From: Candidatus Faecivicinus sp.
Lineage (GTDB): Bacteria > Bacillota > Clostridia > Christensenellales > Aristaeellaceae
Direction of reading: 5' to 3'
NCBI GenBank assembly: GCA_051883655.1
Contig: JBJEUD010000085.1
Location: 3,100 to 67,099 of the forward strand
Length of the DNA: 64,000 nt
Shown one piece after another: positions 38,264-46,410 of the stretch; the stretch's first letter is position 1, and every line of letters begins with the position of its first letter. Position numbers and translations under genes: made by a program. The notes beneath the pieces were generated by a model that saw nothing but the letters and a program-made list of their open reading frames with translations, made no database searches and was not told where the DNA came from.

Positions 38264-39509
38264 ATTCACTCAGGAGATGAAAAAGGACTATACCATTCTC
38301 GTCCCCGACATGCTGCCGGTGCACTTCTCGCTGCTGATGAACGCCTTTGAGCTGCACGGCTACCACATGGAGGTGCTGAAAAACGACGGCGCGAATGTGG
38401 TCAACGCCGGCCTTCAGTACGTCCACAACGACACCTGCTATCCGGCGCTGCTGGTCATCGGCCAGTTCATCGACGCGCTGCAGAGCGGCCGCTACGACCT
38501 GCACAAGGTGGCGCTGATGATCACCCAGACTGGCGGCGGCTGCCGCGCCTCCAATTACATCCATCTGCTGCGCAAGGCGCTGGACAAGGCGGGCTTCGGC
38601 TACATCCCGGTCATCTCGCTGAACCCTTCCGGCCTGGAGAAAAACAGCGGCTTCCAGTTCACCCCGTCCATGCTGATCGAGGCGCTGTACTCCGTCCTGT
38701 ACGGCGACGTGCTGATGCTGCTGAAGAATCAGGCCGAGCCCTATGAGATCGAGGCCGGGAGCACCATGCGGCTGGTCAACCACTGGGTCGACGCGCTGAC
38801 GGCACAGTTCAGGAAGAATGTCGTGCTTCCGGTGGTCCGCTTCAAGCGCAACCTGTGCGCCATTGCCCGGGACTTCGAGGCGCTGCCCCGCCGCCAGGAG
38901 GAGAAGATCAAGGTTGGCATCGTCGGCGAGATCTACGTGAAGTACTCCGCCATGGGCAACAACCATCTGGAGCAGTTCCTGCTGGATCAGGGCTGCGAGG
39001 TGAACGTGCCCGGCCTGATGGGCTTCCTGGCCTATTGCGTGGAGGTGCGCATCGACGACATCGAGCTCTACGGCGGCAGCCGGAAGTCCAGGTGGCTTCT
39101 GAACCGCGCCATGGACGTGGTCACCCACTTCGAAAAGGTCATCGCCAAGTGCATCCGCGAAAACAGCCACTATCAGCCCGCGGAGCTTTTCCGCAAGTCG
39201 AAGGCCCACCTGAACGGACTGCTGGGCTACGGCTGCAAGATGGGCGAGGGCTGGCTGCTGCCCTCCGAGATGGTCGAGCTGATCGAGAGCGGCGTGAACA
39301 ACATCGTCTGCGTGCAGCCCTTCGGCTGCCTGCCCAACCACATCGTGGGCAAGGGGCCGATCCATGCGCTGCGCGAGCGCTATCCGCTGGCCAACATTGT
39401 CCCCATCGACTACGACCCCAGCGCCACCCGCGTCAACCAGGAAAACCGCCTGAAGCTGATGCTGTCCGTGGCGAAGGAGAACATGGCCAGCCAGAAATCC
39501 GCCGGTTGA
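38250..39509 (+). CDS. 2-hydroxyacyl-CoA dehydratase family protein (D-component-like subunit)
   Basis: MERVEFTQEMKKDYTILVPDMLPVHFSLLMNAFELHGYHMEVL...VHNDTCYPALLVIGQFIDAL...GGGCRASNY is typical of this family. It overlaps the upstream gene by 14 nt. Confidence 0.8.
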   Translation: MERVEFTQEMKKDYTILVPDMLPVHFSLLMNAFELHGYHMEVLKNDGANVVNAGLQYVHNDTCYPALLVIGQFIDALQSGRYDLHKVALMITQTGGGCRASNYIHLLRKALDKAGFGYIPVISLNPSGLEKNSGFQFTPSMLIEALYSVLYGDVLMLLKNQAEPYEIEAGSTMRLVNHWVDALTAQFRKNVVLPVVRFKRNLCAIARDFEALPRRQEEKIKVGIVGEIYVKYSAMGNNHLEQFLLDQGCEVNVPGLMGFLAYCVEVRIDDIELYGGSRKSRWLLNRAMDVVTHFEKVIAKCIRENSHYQPAELFRKSKAHLNGLLGYGCKMGEGWLLPSEMVELIESGVNNIVCVQPFGCLPNHIVGKGPIHALRERYPLANIVPIDYDPSATRVNQENRLKLMLSVAKENMASQKSAG

Positions 39510-39553
39510 GCGCCGTTCCGGACCGAAGCTCCGGGGATCCGGCCGATTTTCCC

Positions 39554-39584
39554 ATCCTCCCCGCCCTAGGCGGGGAGGATTTGC
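39554..39584 (+). terminator. Hairpin terminator after the dehydratase genes
   Basis: atcctccccgcc / ggcggggaggat stem followed by TTTG. Confidence 0.6.
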
Positions 39585-39594
39585 AGTTCGCGAA

Positions 39595-39623
39595 TTGACA
39601 TCCGTTTTGAATCGTGCTATACT
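39595..39623 (+). promoter_or_regulatory. Sigma-A promoter of the thiamine operon
   Basis: TTGACA (39595-39600), 17 nt, TATACT (39618-39623). Confidence 0.7.
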
Positions 39624-39627
39624 ATCC

Positions 39628-39716
39628 ATCACAGGGGAGCTTGTCGTACAGGCTGAGAGGAAGGTTTGACCTTCGACCCTTATACCTGATGCGGGTAATG
39701 CCGCCGTAGGAAGTCG
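39628..39716 (+). promoter_or_regulatory. TPP (THI-box) riboswitch
   Basis: GGGGAGC...GGCTGAGAGG(stem)ACCC..ACCTGATGCGGGTAATGCCGCCGTAGGAAG matches the THI-box consensus. It sits between the promoter and the terminator hairpin upstream of thiM. Confidence 0.9.
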
Positions 39717-39735
39717 AATTATGCGTTCCGTGCGG

Positions 39736-39765
39736 AGTACCACCACCAGGTGGTACTCTTTTTTT
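39736..39765 (+). terminator. Riboswitch expression-platform terminator
   Basis: agtaccacc-acca-ggtggtact stem followed by T7. Confidence 0.8.
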
Positions 39766-39872
39766 CAGCGAAACGGGCGTAGAATCGCGGATTCTGAAGA
39801 AAACCCCCGATTCGATCTGCGCAGCGGCAGAAAGCCCTTTCTGCCGCGAAAACGCCCTTGGGGAGGAGACTC

Positions 39873-40682
39873 ATGCTCGGAGAAATCATCAGGCAGAATC
39901 GCGCGTCCAGGCCCCTTGTGCACTGCATTACCAATTACGTCACGGCGAATGACTGCGCCAATCTGCTCCTCGCCTGCGGCGGTTCGGCGATCATGTCCGA
40001 CGACCCGGAGGAGGTGGCGGAGGTGACCGCTGCGTGCGACGGCCTCGTGCTGAACATGGGAACGCCCAACCCGCGCAAGCTGGAGGCCATGCTCAAAGCC
40101 GGCCGCGCGGCCAACGCGCTGGGGCATCCGGTGGTCCTCGACCCGGTGGGCGCGGGCTGTTCGACCTTGCGAAAGCAGGCGGCGCATCGGCTGCTGGAGG
40201 AGGTGCGCTTCGCGGCCATCCGGGGCAATGCCAGTGAAATCGCTTCGCTGGCGCGCGGCAGCGCAACCCATCGCGGCGTGGACGCCGAGCCCGACGAGAC
40301 CTCCGGCGATGCGCTGGAAAGCGCGCGGCAGCTGGCCAAAGCGCTCGGCGCCGTCGTCATCGTCACCGGGGACACGGACATCGTGGTCGACGCCGAGCAG
40401 ACCTGCCTCGTGCGAAACGGCCATCCCATGATGCGCTCCGTGACGGGCACGGGCTGCCAGCTCTCCGCGCTGATCGGCGCATACGTGACCTCCAACCCGG
40501 ACAGGCCGCTGCAGGCGGCGCTGGCCGCCGTGTGCGCCATGGGGCTCTGCGGCGAAATTGCCCACGAGCGCCTGACCCCCCTGGACGGCAACGCCAGCTA
40601 TCGCAATTACATGATCGACGCGATCTACCGTCTCACGCCCGAGGCGTTGGAGAAAGGAGCAAGATATGAAACCAGTCTCTGA
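39873..40682 (+). CDS. thiM: Hydroxyethylthiazole kinase
   Basis: PLVHCITNYVTANDCANLLLACGGSAIM, and VLDPVGAG and TGTGCQLSALIGAY motifs. GGGGAGGAG SD. Confidence 0.93.
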   Translation: MLGEIIRQNRASRPLVHCITNYVTANDCANLLLACGGSAIMSDDPEEVAEVTAACDGLVLNMGTPNPRKLEAMLKAGRAANALGHPVVLDPVGAGCSTLRKQAAHRLLEEVRFAAIRGNASEIASLARGSATHRGVDAEPDETSGDALESARQLAKALGAVVIVTGDTDIVVDAEQTCLVRNGHPMMRSVTGTGCQLSALIGAYVTSNPDRPLQAALAAVCAMGLCGEIAHERLTPLDGNASYRNYMIDAIYRLTPEALEKGARYETSL

Positions 40683-41307
40683 ACTGCTGCGCCTGTACGC
40701 GGTCACCGACCACAGCTGGCTCAACGGCCGGACGCTTTTCGACCAGGTGGAGGAGGCGCTCGCCGGCGGCGCGACCTGCGTGCAGCTCCGGGAAAAGTCG
40801 CTGGACCGCGACGCATTTTTGCAGGAGGCCATCGAAATCGCCCGGCTGTGCCATCGCCACGGCGTTCCTCTGCTCATCAACGACGACGTGGACATCGCCC
40901 GGCGCAGCGGCGCGGACGGCGTGCACGTCGGCCAGGACGACATGGAGGCGCACCTCGCCCGCGAGCTGCTGGGCCCGGACATGATCGTCGGCGTGACCGC
41001 CAAGACCGTGGAGCAGGCGCTCCGCGCACAGGAGGCCGGCGCGGATTATCTGGGCAGCGGCGCCGTGTTCGGCTCCTCCACCAAGCTCAACGCCAAGCCC
41101 ATGACCAGGGAGCGGCTGCGCTCGATCTGCGACGCCGTCTCCATCCCCGTGGTGGCCATCGGAGGGATCAACCGAAACAACCTCCTGGAGCTTGCGGGCA
41201 CGGGCATCCATGGCGTCGCCGTGGTTTCCGGCATCTTCGCCGCCGCAGATATCGAGCAGGAATGCCGCCATCTGCGCATGCTATCCGATCAAATTGTCGG
41301 CAGATAA
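40666..41307 (+). CDS. thiE: Thiamine-phosphate synthase
   Basis: LYAVTD...GATCVQLREK...LLINDDVDIA...GADGVHVGQDD...ADYLGSGAVFGSSTK...VVAIGGI. Confidence 0.93.
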   Translation: MKPVSELLRLYAVTDHSWLNGRTLFDQVEEALAGGATCVQLREKSLDRDAFLQEAIEIARLCHRHGVPLLINDDVDIARRSGADGVHVGQDDMEAHLARELLGPDMIVGVTAKTVEQALRAQEAGADYLGSGAVFGSSTKLNAKPMTRERLRSICDAVSIPVVAIGGINRNNLLELAGTGIHGVAVVSGIFAAADIEQECRHLRMLSDQIVGR

Positions 41308-41402
41308 CACCCTTTCTCTGCGGCATTTGAAATGATCCTTGAAGGGAGGCGCAAGCACCGCTCGCAAAGAGCCCATCAGAGGGGGAGCGCCCTGTGATGC
41401 GA

Positions 41403-41510
41403 AAACAGCGATGGGAAGCCGTGTTCCGGCGTGAGAGGAGACCAGTGAGTCTCGACCGACCAGCAGACCCGATGACATGGGCCATGCTGTCCCCGTGAGG
41501 GAGGCTGTTT
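41403..41510 (+). promoter_or_regulatory. Second, divergent TPP riboswitch upstream of thiW
   Basis: P1 aaacagc (41403-41409) pairs with gctgttt (41504-41510). Core: GGGAAGCCG-tgttc-CGGC G TGAGA GGAGAC-cagtga-GTCTC ... ACCCGAT GACA..GCCATGC..TGTC CCCGTGAGGGAG parallels GGGG.GCC..GGC TGAGA .. ACCTGAT..AATGCC..CGTAGGGA. Confidence 0.6.
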
Positions 41511-41559
41511 TTGTCGTGCTTTGCCGCCCTCAACCCAACCAACAAAGGAGAGAATTTCA

Positions 41560-42075
41560 ATGAAGCAGAATCGAACCCTTCAAGTCACCATTGCCGGCCT
41601 GCTCTGCGCCATCGCCATCGTCGGCAGCATGTTTTCCTTCCCGGTATTCGGCAGCAAATGCTCGCCCGTTCAGCACATGGTCAACGTCATCTGCGGCGTG
41701 CTGCTGGGCCCGTGGTACGGACTCGGCGCGGCGTTCCTGGCGTCGCTGATCCGCAACCTGCTGGGCCTGGGCAGCCTGCTGGCCTTCCCGGGCAGCATGT
41801 GCGGCGCGCTGCTGTGCGGCCTGACCTACAAGTTCAGCAAGAAGCTGCTGCCGACGCTGGCGGCGGAAATCCTCGGCACCGGCGTGATCGGCGGCCTGCT
41901 GGCCTACCCCATCGCCATCGGCTTCATGGGCGTGTCCGCGGCCAACGTCGCCTTCTATGCCTACATCGTTCCCTTCCTCATCTCCACCGGCGTCGGCTCC
42001 GTGATTGCGGGCGCAGTCCTCTTTGCGCTGCAGAAGAACGGCGCGCTGGAGTCCATGCAGAACCGTCTCCATTGA
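41560..42075 (+). CDS. thiW: ECF-type S component ThiW (predicted thiazole precursor transporter)
   Basis: 171-aa protein with 5-6 TM helices; LQVTIAGLLCAIAIVGSMFSFPVFGSKCSPVQHMVNVICGVLLGPWYG is the ThiW pattern. AAAGGAGAG SD. Confidence 0.8.
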   Translation: MKQNRTLQVTIAGLLCAIAIVGSMFSFPVFGSKCSPVQHMVNVICGVLLGPWYGLGAAFLASLIRNLLGLGSLLAFPGSMCGALLCGLTYKFSKKLLPTLAAEILGTGVIGGLLAYPIAIGFMGVSAANVAFYAYIVPFLISTGVGSVIAGAVLFALQKNGALESMQNRLH

Positions 42076-42225
42076 TTTTACCTCCGGCTGCGGCGAACGC
42101 GCCGCAGCCGGCAATCGGGAAGCCCGCTTCGACCACCTGCGTCGAGGCCTTCAAGCGGCAGACCGGGGGCACCACTCTCTGTCGCTATACAAAAGAAATG
42201 CTGGATCAAAGAAAGGAGATTCACC

Positions 42226-43044
42226 ATGTGTGAAAAGATGAGAACAGCATTATCCATCGCTGGAAGCGATTCCAGCGGAGGCGCCGGCATTCAGGCAGAT
42301 ATGAAGACCATGTCCGCTCATGGCGTCTACGCCATGACCGCGATCACGGCTCTGACTGCCCAGAACACGACCGGCGTCACAAGTATCCTGGAGGTAACCC
42401 CTGAATTTCTGGCCGACCAGCTGGACGCCGTGTTTACAGACATCTTCCCCGACGCGGTCAAGATCGGCATGGTTTCCTCTGCGGCGCTGATCAACGTCAT
42501 CGCCGAAAAGCTGAAGGCGTACGGCGCCCGGCACATCGTCGTCGATCCCGTCATGGTGGCGACCTCGGGCTCAAAGTTGATTCAGGACGAGGCGCTCGGC
42601 ACGCTCAAGGCGCAGCTTCTGCCCCTGGCCGAGGTCGTGACGCCCAACATCCCGGAGGCGGAAATCCTCTCCGGCCGGCCGATCCGCAGCGCAGCGGACA
42701 TGGAAGCCGCCGCAAAGGCCATCTCGGAGGCCTACGGCTGCGCCGTGCTGCTCAAGGGCGGCCACGATTTGAACGACGCCAACGATCTGCTGTACAAGGA
42801 TGGAACCGCCGCATGGTTCTACGGCCGCCGCATCGACAACCCCAACACGCATGGAACCGGCTGCACCCTCTCCAGCGCCATCGCCTCCAATCTGGCCCGC
42901 GGCATGGAGCTGAACGAAGCTGTTCGGCGTGCGAAGGCCTACATTTCGGGCGCGCTCGCGGCCATGCTGAACCTCGGCGCCGGCCGCGGCCCCATGAACC
43001 ATCTGTTTGATTTGAAGAGCGAATACATCAGGGAGGTGGAATGA
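42226..43044 (+). CDS. thiD: Hydroxymethylpyrimidine/phosphomethylpyrimidine kinase
   Basis: ALSIAGSDSSGGAGIQADMKT...VKIGM...VVDPVMVATSG...LKGGH...HGTGCTLSSAIASNLA. Confidence 0.94.
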   Translation: MCEKMRTALSIAGSDSSGGAGIQADMKTMSAHGVYAMTAITALTAQNTTGVTSILEVTPEFLADQLDAVFTDIFPDAVKIGMVSSAALINVIAEKLKAYGARHIVVDPVMVATSGSKLIQDEALGTLKAQLLPLAEVVTPNIPEAEILSGRPIRSAADMEAAAKAISEAYGCAVLLKGGHDLNDANDLLYKDGTAAWFYGRRIDNPNTHGTGCTLSSAIASNLARGMELNEAVRRAKAYISGALAAMLNLGAGRGPMNHLFDLKSEYIREVE

Positions 43045-43712
43045 TGCCAAACCTCTCTGTTTCCGATATGCTGCATCAGGCAGCAGCGCCCGTCTGGGCC
43101 CAGTGCCTCGCCCATCCCTTTGTCACCGGCATCGGCGACGGCACCCTTCCGGTGGAGAAATTCCAGTACTTCATGCTTCAGGATTATCTCTACCTGTTCG
43201 ACTATGCCCGCGTGTTTGCGCTGGGCGTGGTGAAGGCCCGCAGCCCGGAGCTGATGCGCACCTTTGCCAGAAATGTGGAGTCCATTCTCAACGGTGAAAT
43301 GAACATCCACCGGGCCTACATGAAGCGGCTGGGCATCACAGAAGAACAGGTGCTGGCCGTGCAGCCCGCGCTGGACAACCTCTCCTATACGAACTACATG
43401 CTCTCCGTCGCGCACGCGGGAACGCCGGTGGAGATCGTCGCCTCGATCCTGGCCTGCTCCTGGAGCTACGCCGAGATCGGCCAGGCGCTGGCGAAGCGCC
43501 CCGGCGCGCTGGAGCATCCCTTCTACGGCGAGTGGATTCAAAGCTACGCCGGTGAGGAGTATGCCGCCTGCAATCAGGCGCTGATCGACCTGATGAACCG
43601 CCTGGCCGCAGACGCCCCGCAGGAGCAGCTGGACGTGCTGAAGGAAATCTTCGTGAACTGCAGCCGTTATGAGCTGGGCTTCTGGAACATGGCGTGGGAA
43701 ATGCGCGTATGA
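43041..43712 (+). CDS. tenA: Thiaminase II / aminopyrimidine aminohydrolase
   Basis: HPFVTGIGDGTLPVEKFQYFMLQDYLYLFDYARVFA...CSWSYAEIG; 223 aa. Confidence 0.9.
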   Translation: MMPNLSVSDMLHQAAAPVWAQCLAHPFVTGIGDGTLPVEKFQYFMLQDYLYLFDYARVFALGVVKARSPELMRTFARNVESILNGEMNIHRAYMKRLGITEEQVLAVQPALDNLSYTNYMLSVAHAGTPVEIVASILACSWSYAEIGQALAKRPGALEHPFYGEWIQSYAGEEYAACNQALIDLMNRLAADAPQEQLDVLKEIFVNCSRYELGFWNMAWEMRV

Positions 43713-44470
43713 GCGTGCTTTCGCTGGAGCGCGTCTCCTATCAATATCCCGGCGAGGACTTCGACATCGTCGATGAGCTGTCCTTCGAAGTCGCCCCCGG
43801 CTCCTTCCACTGCATTCTGGGCGTGAGCGGCTGCGGCAAGAGCACGATCTTCCGCATGATCAACGGCCTGCTTCGCCCGAAGAAGGGGACGATCCGCGTC
43901 CACGGCCGCCCCATCTCCGAGCAAAAGCACTACTGCGGCTACATGCCGCAGAAGGACCTGCTCTTCCCGTGGAGAAGCGTCGGCGAAAACCTCGCGCTGC
44001 CCCTGGAGATTCAGCGCGGCATGAGCAAAAGGGAACGGCTGGAAAGGGTCGATCAGGCGCTCGCGGAGGTGGGGCTCCCGGGCTGCCGCGACAAGCGCCC
44101 GGACGAGCTCTCCGGCGGCATGCGCCAGCGCGCGGCCTTCGCCCGCACCATGCTCGCCGGCAGCGATCTGCTCCTGCTGGACGAGCCCTTCTCCGCGCTG
44201 GACTTCCTGACCCGGATTTCCATGCAGGAATGGCTGCTTGAGCAATGGCAGCGCAGCCGCAAGACCATTCTGTTCATCACCCACGACGTGGAGGAGGCAC
44301 TGTTTCTCTCCTCGAGCGTCCTGGTCGTGGAGAACACGCCGATCCGCGCGCTGAAGGAGATCCCCGTCCCGCTGGATTATCCGAGGGATCGAAAGGTGCT
44401 GGCCCGGCCGGAGATCGTCGAGCTGCGCGAGGCGCTGATCGGCATGCTCAGAAGGCAGGTGTCCGAATGA
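43709..44470 (+). CDS. thiZ: ABC transporter ATP-binding protein (NitT/TauT family; HMP-precursor importer ATPase)
   Basis: Walker A GVSGCGKST, signature LSGGMRQR, Walker B LLLLDEP. ATGA overlap with tenA. Lies within the TPP-regulated operon. Confidence 0.8.
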   Translation: MSVLSLERVSYQYPGEDFDIVDELSFEVAPGSFHCILGVSGCGKSTIFRMINGLLRPKKGTIRVHGRPISEQKHYCGYMPQKDLLFPWRSVGENLALPLEIQRGMSKRERLERVDQALAEVGLPGCRDKRPDELSGGMRQRAAFARTMLAGSDLLLLDEPFSALDFLTRISMQEWLLEQWQRSRKTILFITHDVEEALFLSSSVLVVENTPIRALKEIPVPLDYPRDRKVLARPEIVELREALIGMLRRQVSE

Positions 44471-45222
44471 AGAAGTCCAACAGGGGCAATCTGCCCGCGC
44501 TGATCCTCCTGTTCGCGCTGCTGCTGCTCTGGCAGCTGGGCGCGATGGAGCTCAACGCCGCTTACATTCTGCCCACGCCGATGCAGATTCTCGGCAAGCT
44601 GTGGGAGCTGCGCGACGTGCTGTTCACCGTTCATCTTCCCGCAACGATGGGCGTGACCATGCTGGGGCTCGGCATCTCGCTGGGGCTGGGGCTGGGCCTC
44701 GCCGTGCTGATGGACGTCAGTCCGCTCTGCCGCAAGGCGCTGTACCCGCTGGTGGTGGCCTCGCAGACCATTCCCACCACTGCAATCGCCCCGCTTTTTG
44801 TGCTCTGGTTCGGCTACGGCATCTGGAGCAAGGTGCTGGTGGCTGTGCTGATTACCTTTTTTCCCATCACCATCACCGTCTATGACGGACTGCAGTCCGC
44901 CCGGATCGAAATGATGGAGCTGCTGATGACCTACGGCGCCACCCGGCGGGATATCTTTTGCAAGATCAAGGTCCCGTGCGCGCTGCCCTACTTCTTCTCC
45001 GCAATCAAGATGGCCATCCCCATGAGCATCATCGGCGCGGCCATCGGCGAATGGCTGGGCGCCCAGAGCGGCCTGGGATACTTCTCCCGCCGCATGATGA
45101 CGCAGCTGGACGGCGCGGGCGTGTTCGCGCCCATCGTGCTGCTCTCGGCCGTCGCCATGGTCGCCGTGGGCCTGATCGCCCTTCTGGAGAAGGCAGTGGT
45201 GCGCTGGCGCGGTGAATTCTAA
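44467..45222 (+). CDS. thiX: ABC transporter permease (NitT/TauT family)
   Basis: 251-aa protein with 6 TM helices and the permease loop motif. The start overlaps the thiZ stop. Confidence 0.8.
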   Translation: MKKSNRGNLPALILLFALLLLWQLGAMELNAAYILPTPMQILGKLWELRDVLFTVHLPATMGVTMLGLGISLGLGLGLAVLMDVSPLCRKALYPLVVASQTIPTTAIAPLFVLWFGYGIWSKVLVAVLITFFPITITVYDGLQSARIEMMELLMTYGATRRDIFCKIKVPCALPYFFSAIKMAIPMSIIGAAIGEWLGAQSGLGYFSRRMMTQLDGAGVFAPIVLLSAVAMVAVGLIALLEKAVVRWRGEF

Positions 45223-45241
45223 AAAAGGAGTGTTTGAAATT

Positions 45242-46222
45242 ATGAAGCGCATTTTTGCGATGATTCTGGTTGTCTGCCTGTCGCTGATGGGCGTCTCCTG
45301 TTTCGCCGAGGAAGCGAAGGAGCTGGACGTGGTGCTGGACTGGTATCCCAACGCACTGCACGCATTCATGTACGTGGCCATTGAAAAGGGCTATTACGCC
45401 GAAGAGGGGCTGAAGGTGAACATTCGCTTCCCCTCCAACGCCAACGACGCCATCTCCCTGGTCGCCGCGGGCCGCGCGGACATCGGCCTGTACTATCAGC
45501 AGGACGTCATTCAGGCGCGCGCCAACCAGAGCGTGCCGGTCAAGTCCATCGGCGCCGTGGTTCAGGGCCCGCTGAACATCGTCCTCTTCCTCTCGGAGGA
45601 GAACATCACCGGCCCCGGCGACCTGGTGGGCAAGACCATCGGCTATGCGGGCACCGAGCTCTCCGAGGCCCTGATCCGCAGCATCATGGAAAACGCGGGC
45701 GCGGATTACAGCGACGTCACCATGATCGACGTGGGCTTTGACCTGATGAGCTCCATGACCACCGGCAATGTGGACGCGACCATCGGCTGTCTGGTCAACC
45801 ACGAGGTGCCGCAGATGGAGGAGGAGGGCTTCGAGGTCAACTGGTTTGCCCTGGACGACTACGGCGTGCCGACCTATTACGAGGGCGTCTTCCTGGCCAA
45901 CGACGCGATGATCGACAGCGATTCCGAGACGCTTTCGGCCTTCCTGAGGGCCTCCGCGAAGGGCTTTGCGGACATGCAGGCCGACCCGGAGGAGGCGCTG
46001 CAGATCCTGCTGGCGAATCAGAGCGCGGAGAACTTCCCGCTCAGCGAGACCGTCGAGCGCAAGAGCATGAGCGTCCTGCTTCCGATGATGGAGACGGAGG
46101 TCGCCGCCTTCCTCTCCCAGTCCGACACCTGCTGGCAGGAGAACATCGACTGGATGCGCGCTCAGGGCCTGATCGACGGCGAAGTCGCGTTGGACGACGT
46201 TCGCGTGAATCTGGAATACTGA
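45242..46222 (+). CDS. thiY: NMT1/THI5-like substrate-binding protein (HMP-precursor binding)
   Basis: Signal/lipoprotein-like N-terminus MKRIFAMILVVCLSLMGVSC, then LDVVLDWYPNALHAFMYVAIEKGYY, typical of the NMT1/ThiY family. Confidence 0.8.
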   Translation: MKRIFAMILVVCLSLMGVSCFAEEAKELDVVLDWYPNALHAFMYVAIEKGYYAEEGLKVNIRFPSNANDAISLVAAGRADIGLYYQQDVIQARANQSVPVKSIGAVVQGPLNIVLFLSEENITGPGDLVGKTIGYAGTELSEALIRSIMENAGADYSDVTMIDVGFDLMSSMTTGNVDATIGCLVNHEVPQMEEEGFEVNWFALDDYGVPTYYEGVFLANDAMIDSDSETLSAFLRASAKGFADMQADPEEALQILLANQSAENFPLSETVERKSMSVLLPMMETEVAAFLSQSDTCWQENIDWMRAQGLIDGEVALDDVRVNLEY

Positions 46223-46271
46223 TTTGAAGCGCGCGGGAGTCCGCTTTGATGGAATCCCCCCTTGATACACC

Positions 46272-46313
46272 ATTGCCCCGAAGCCGTGCATTGCACGGCT
46301 TCGGGGCAATTTC
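46272..46313. terminator. Bidirectional hairpin terminator
   Basis: Near-perfect palindrome attgccccgaagccgtgca / tgcacggcttcggggcaat followed by TTT. Confidence 0.7.
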
Positions 46314-46410
46314 ACAAATGGGGAGCTGTTCAAAGATGCAAAGAGGAGGTCTGGTTCTATGAAGCGCTGCGCAGGCATCATCTATTGCGACAGACTCCTG
46401 TCGGGGAAAG

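Noticed and set aside
41429-41447. GGAGACC string that resembles a cobalamin-riboswitch B12 box.
   Set aside because: The surrounding sequence fits the TPP architecture (UGAGA, ACCCGAU, CGUGAGGGA, P1 pairing), and the downstream gene is thiW. No other cobalamin-riboswitch elements were seen.
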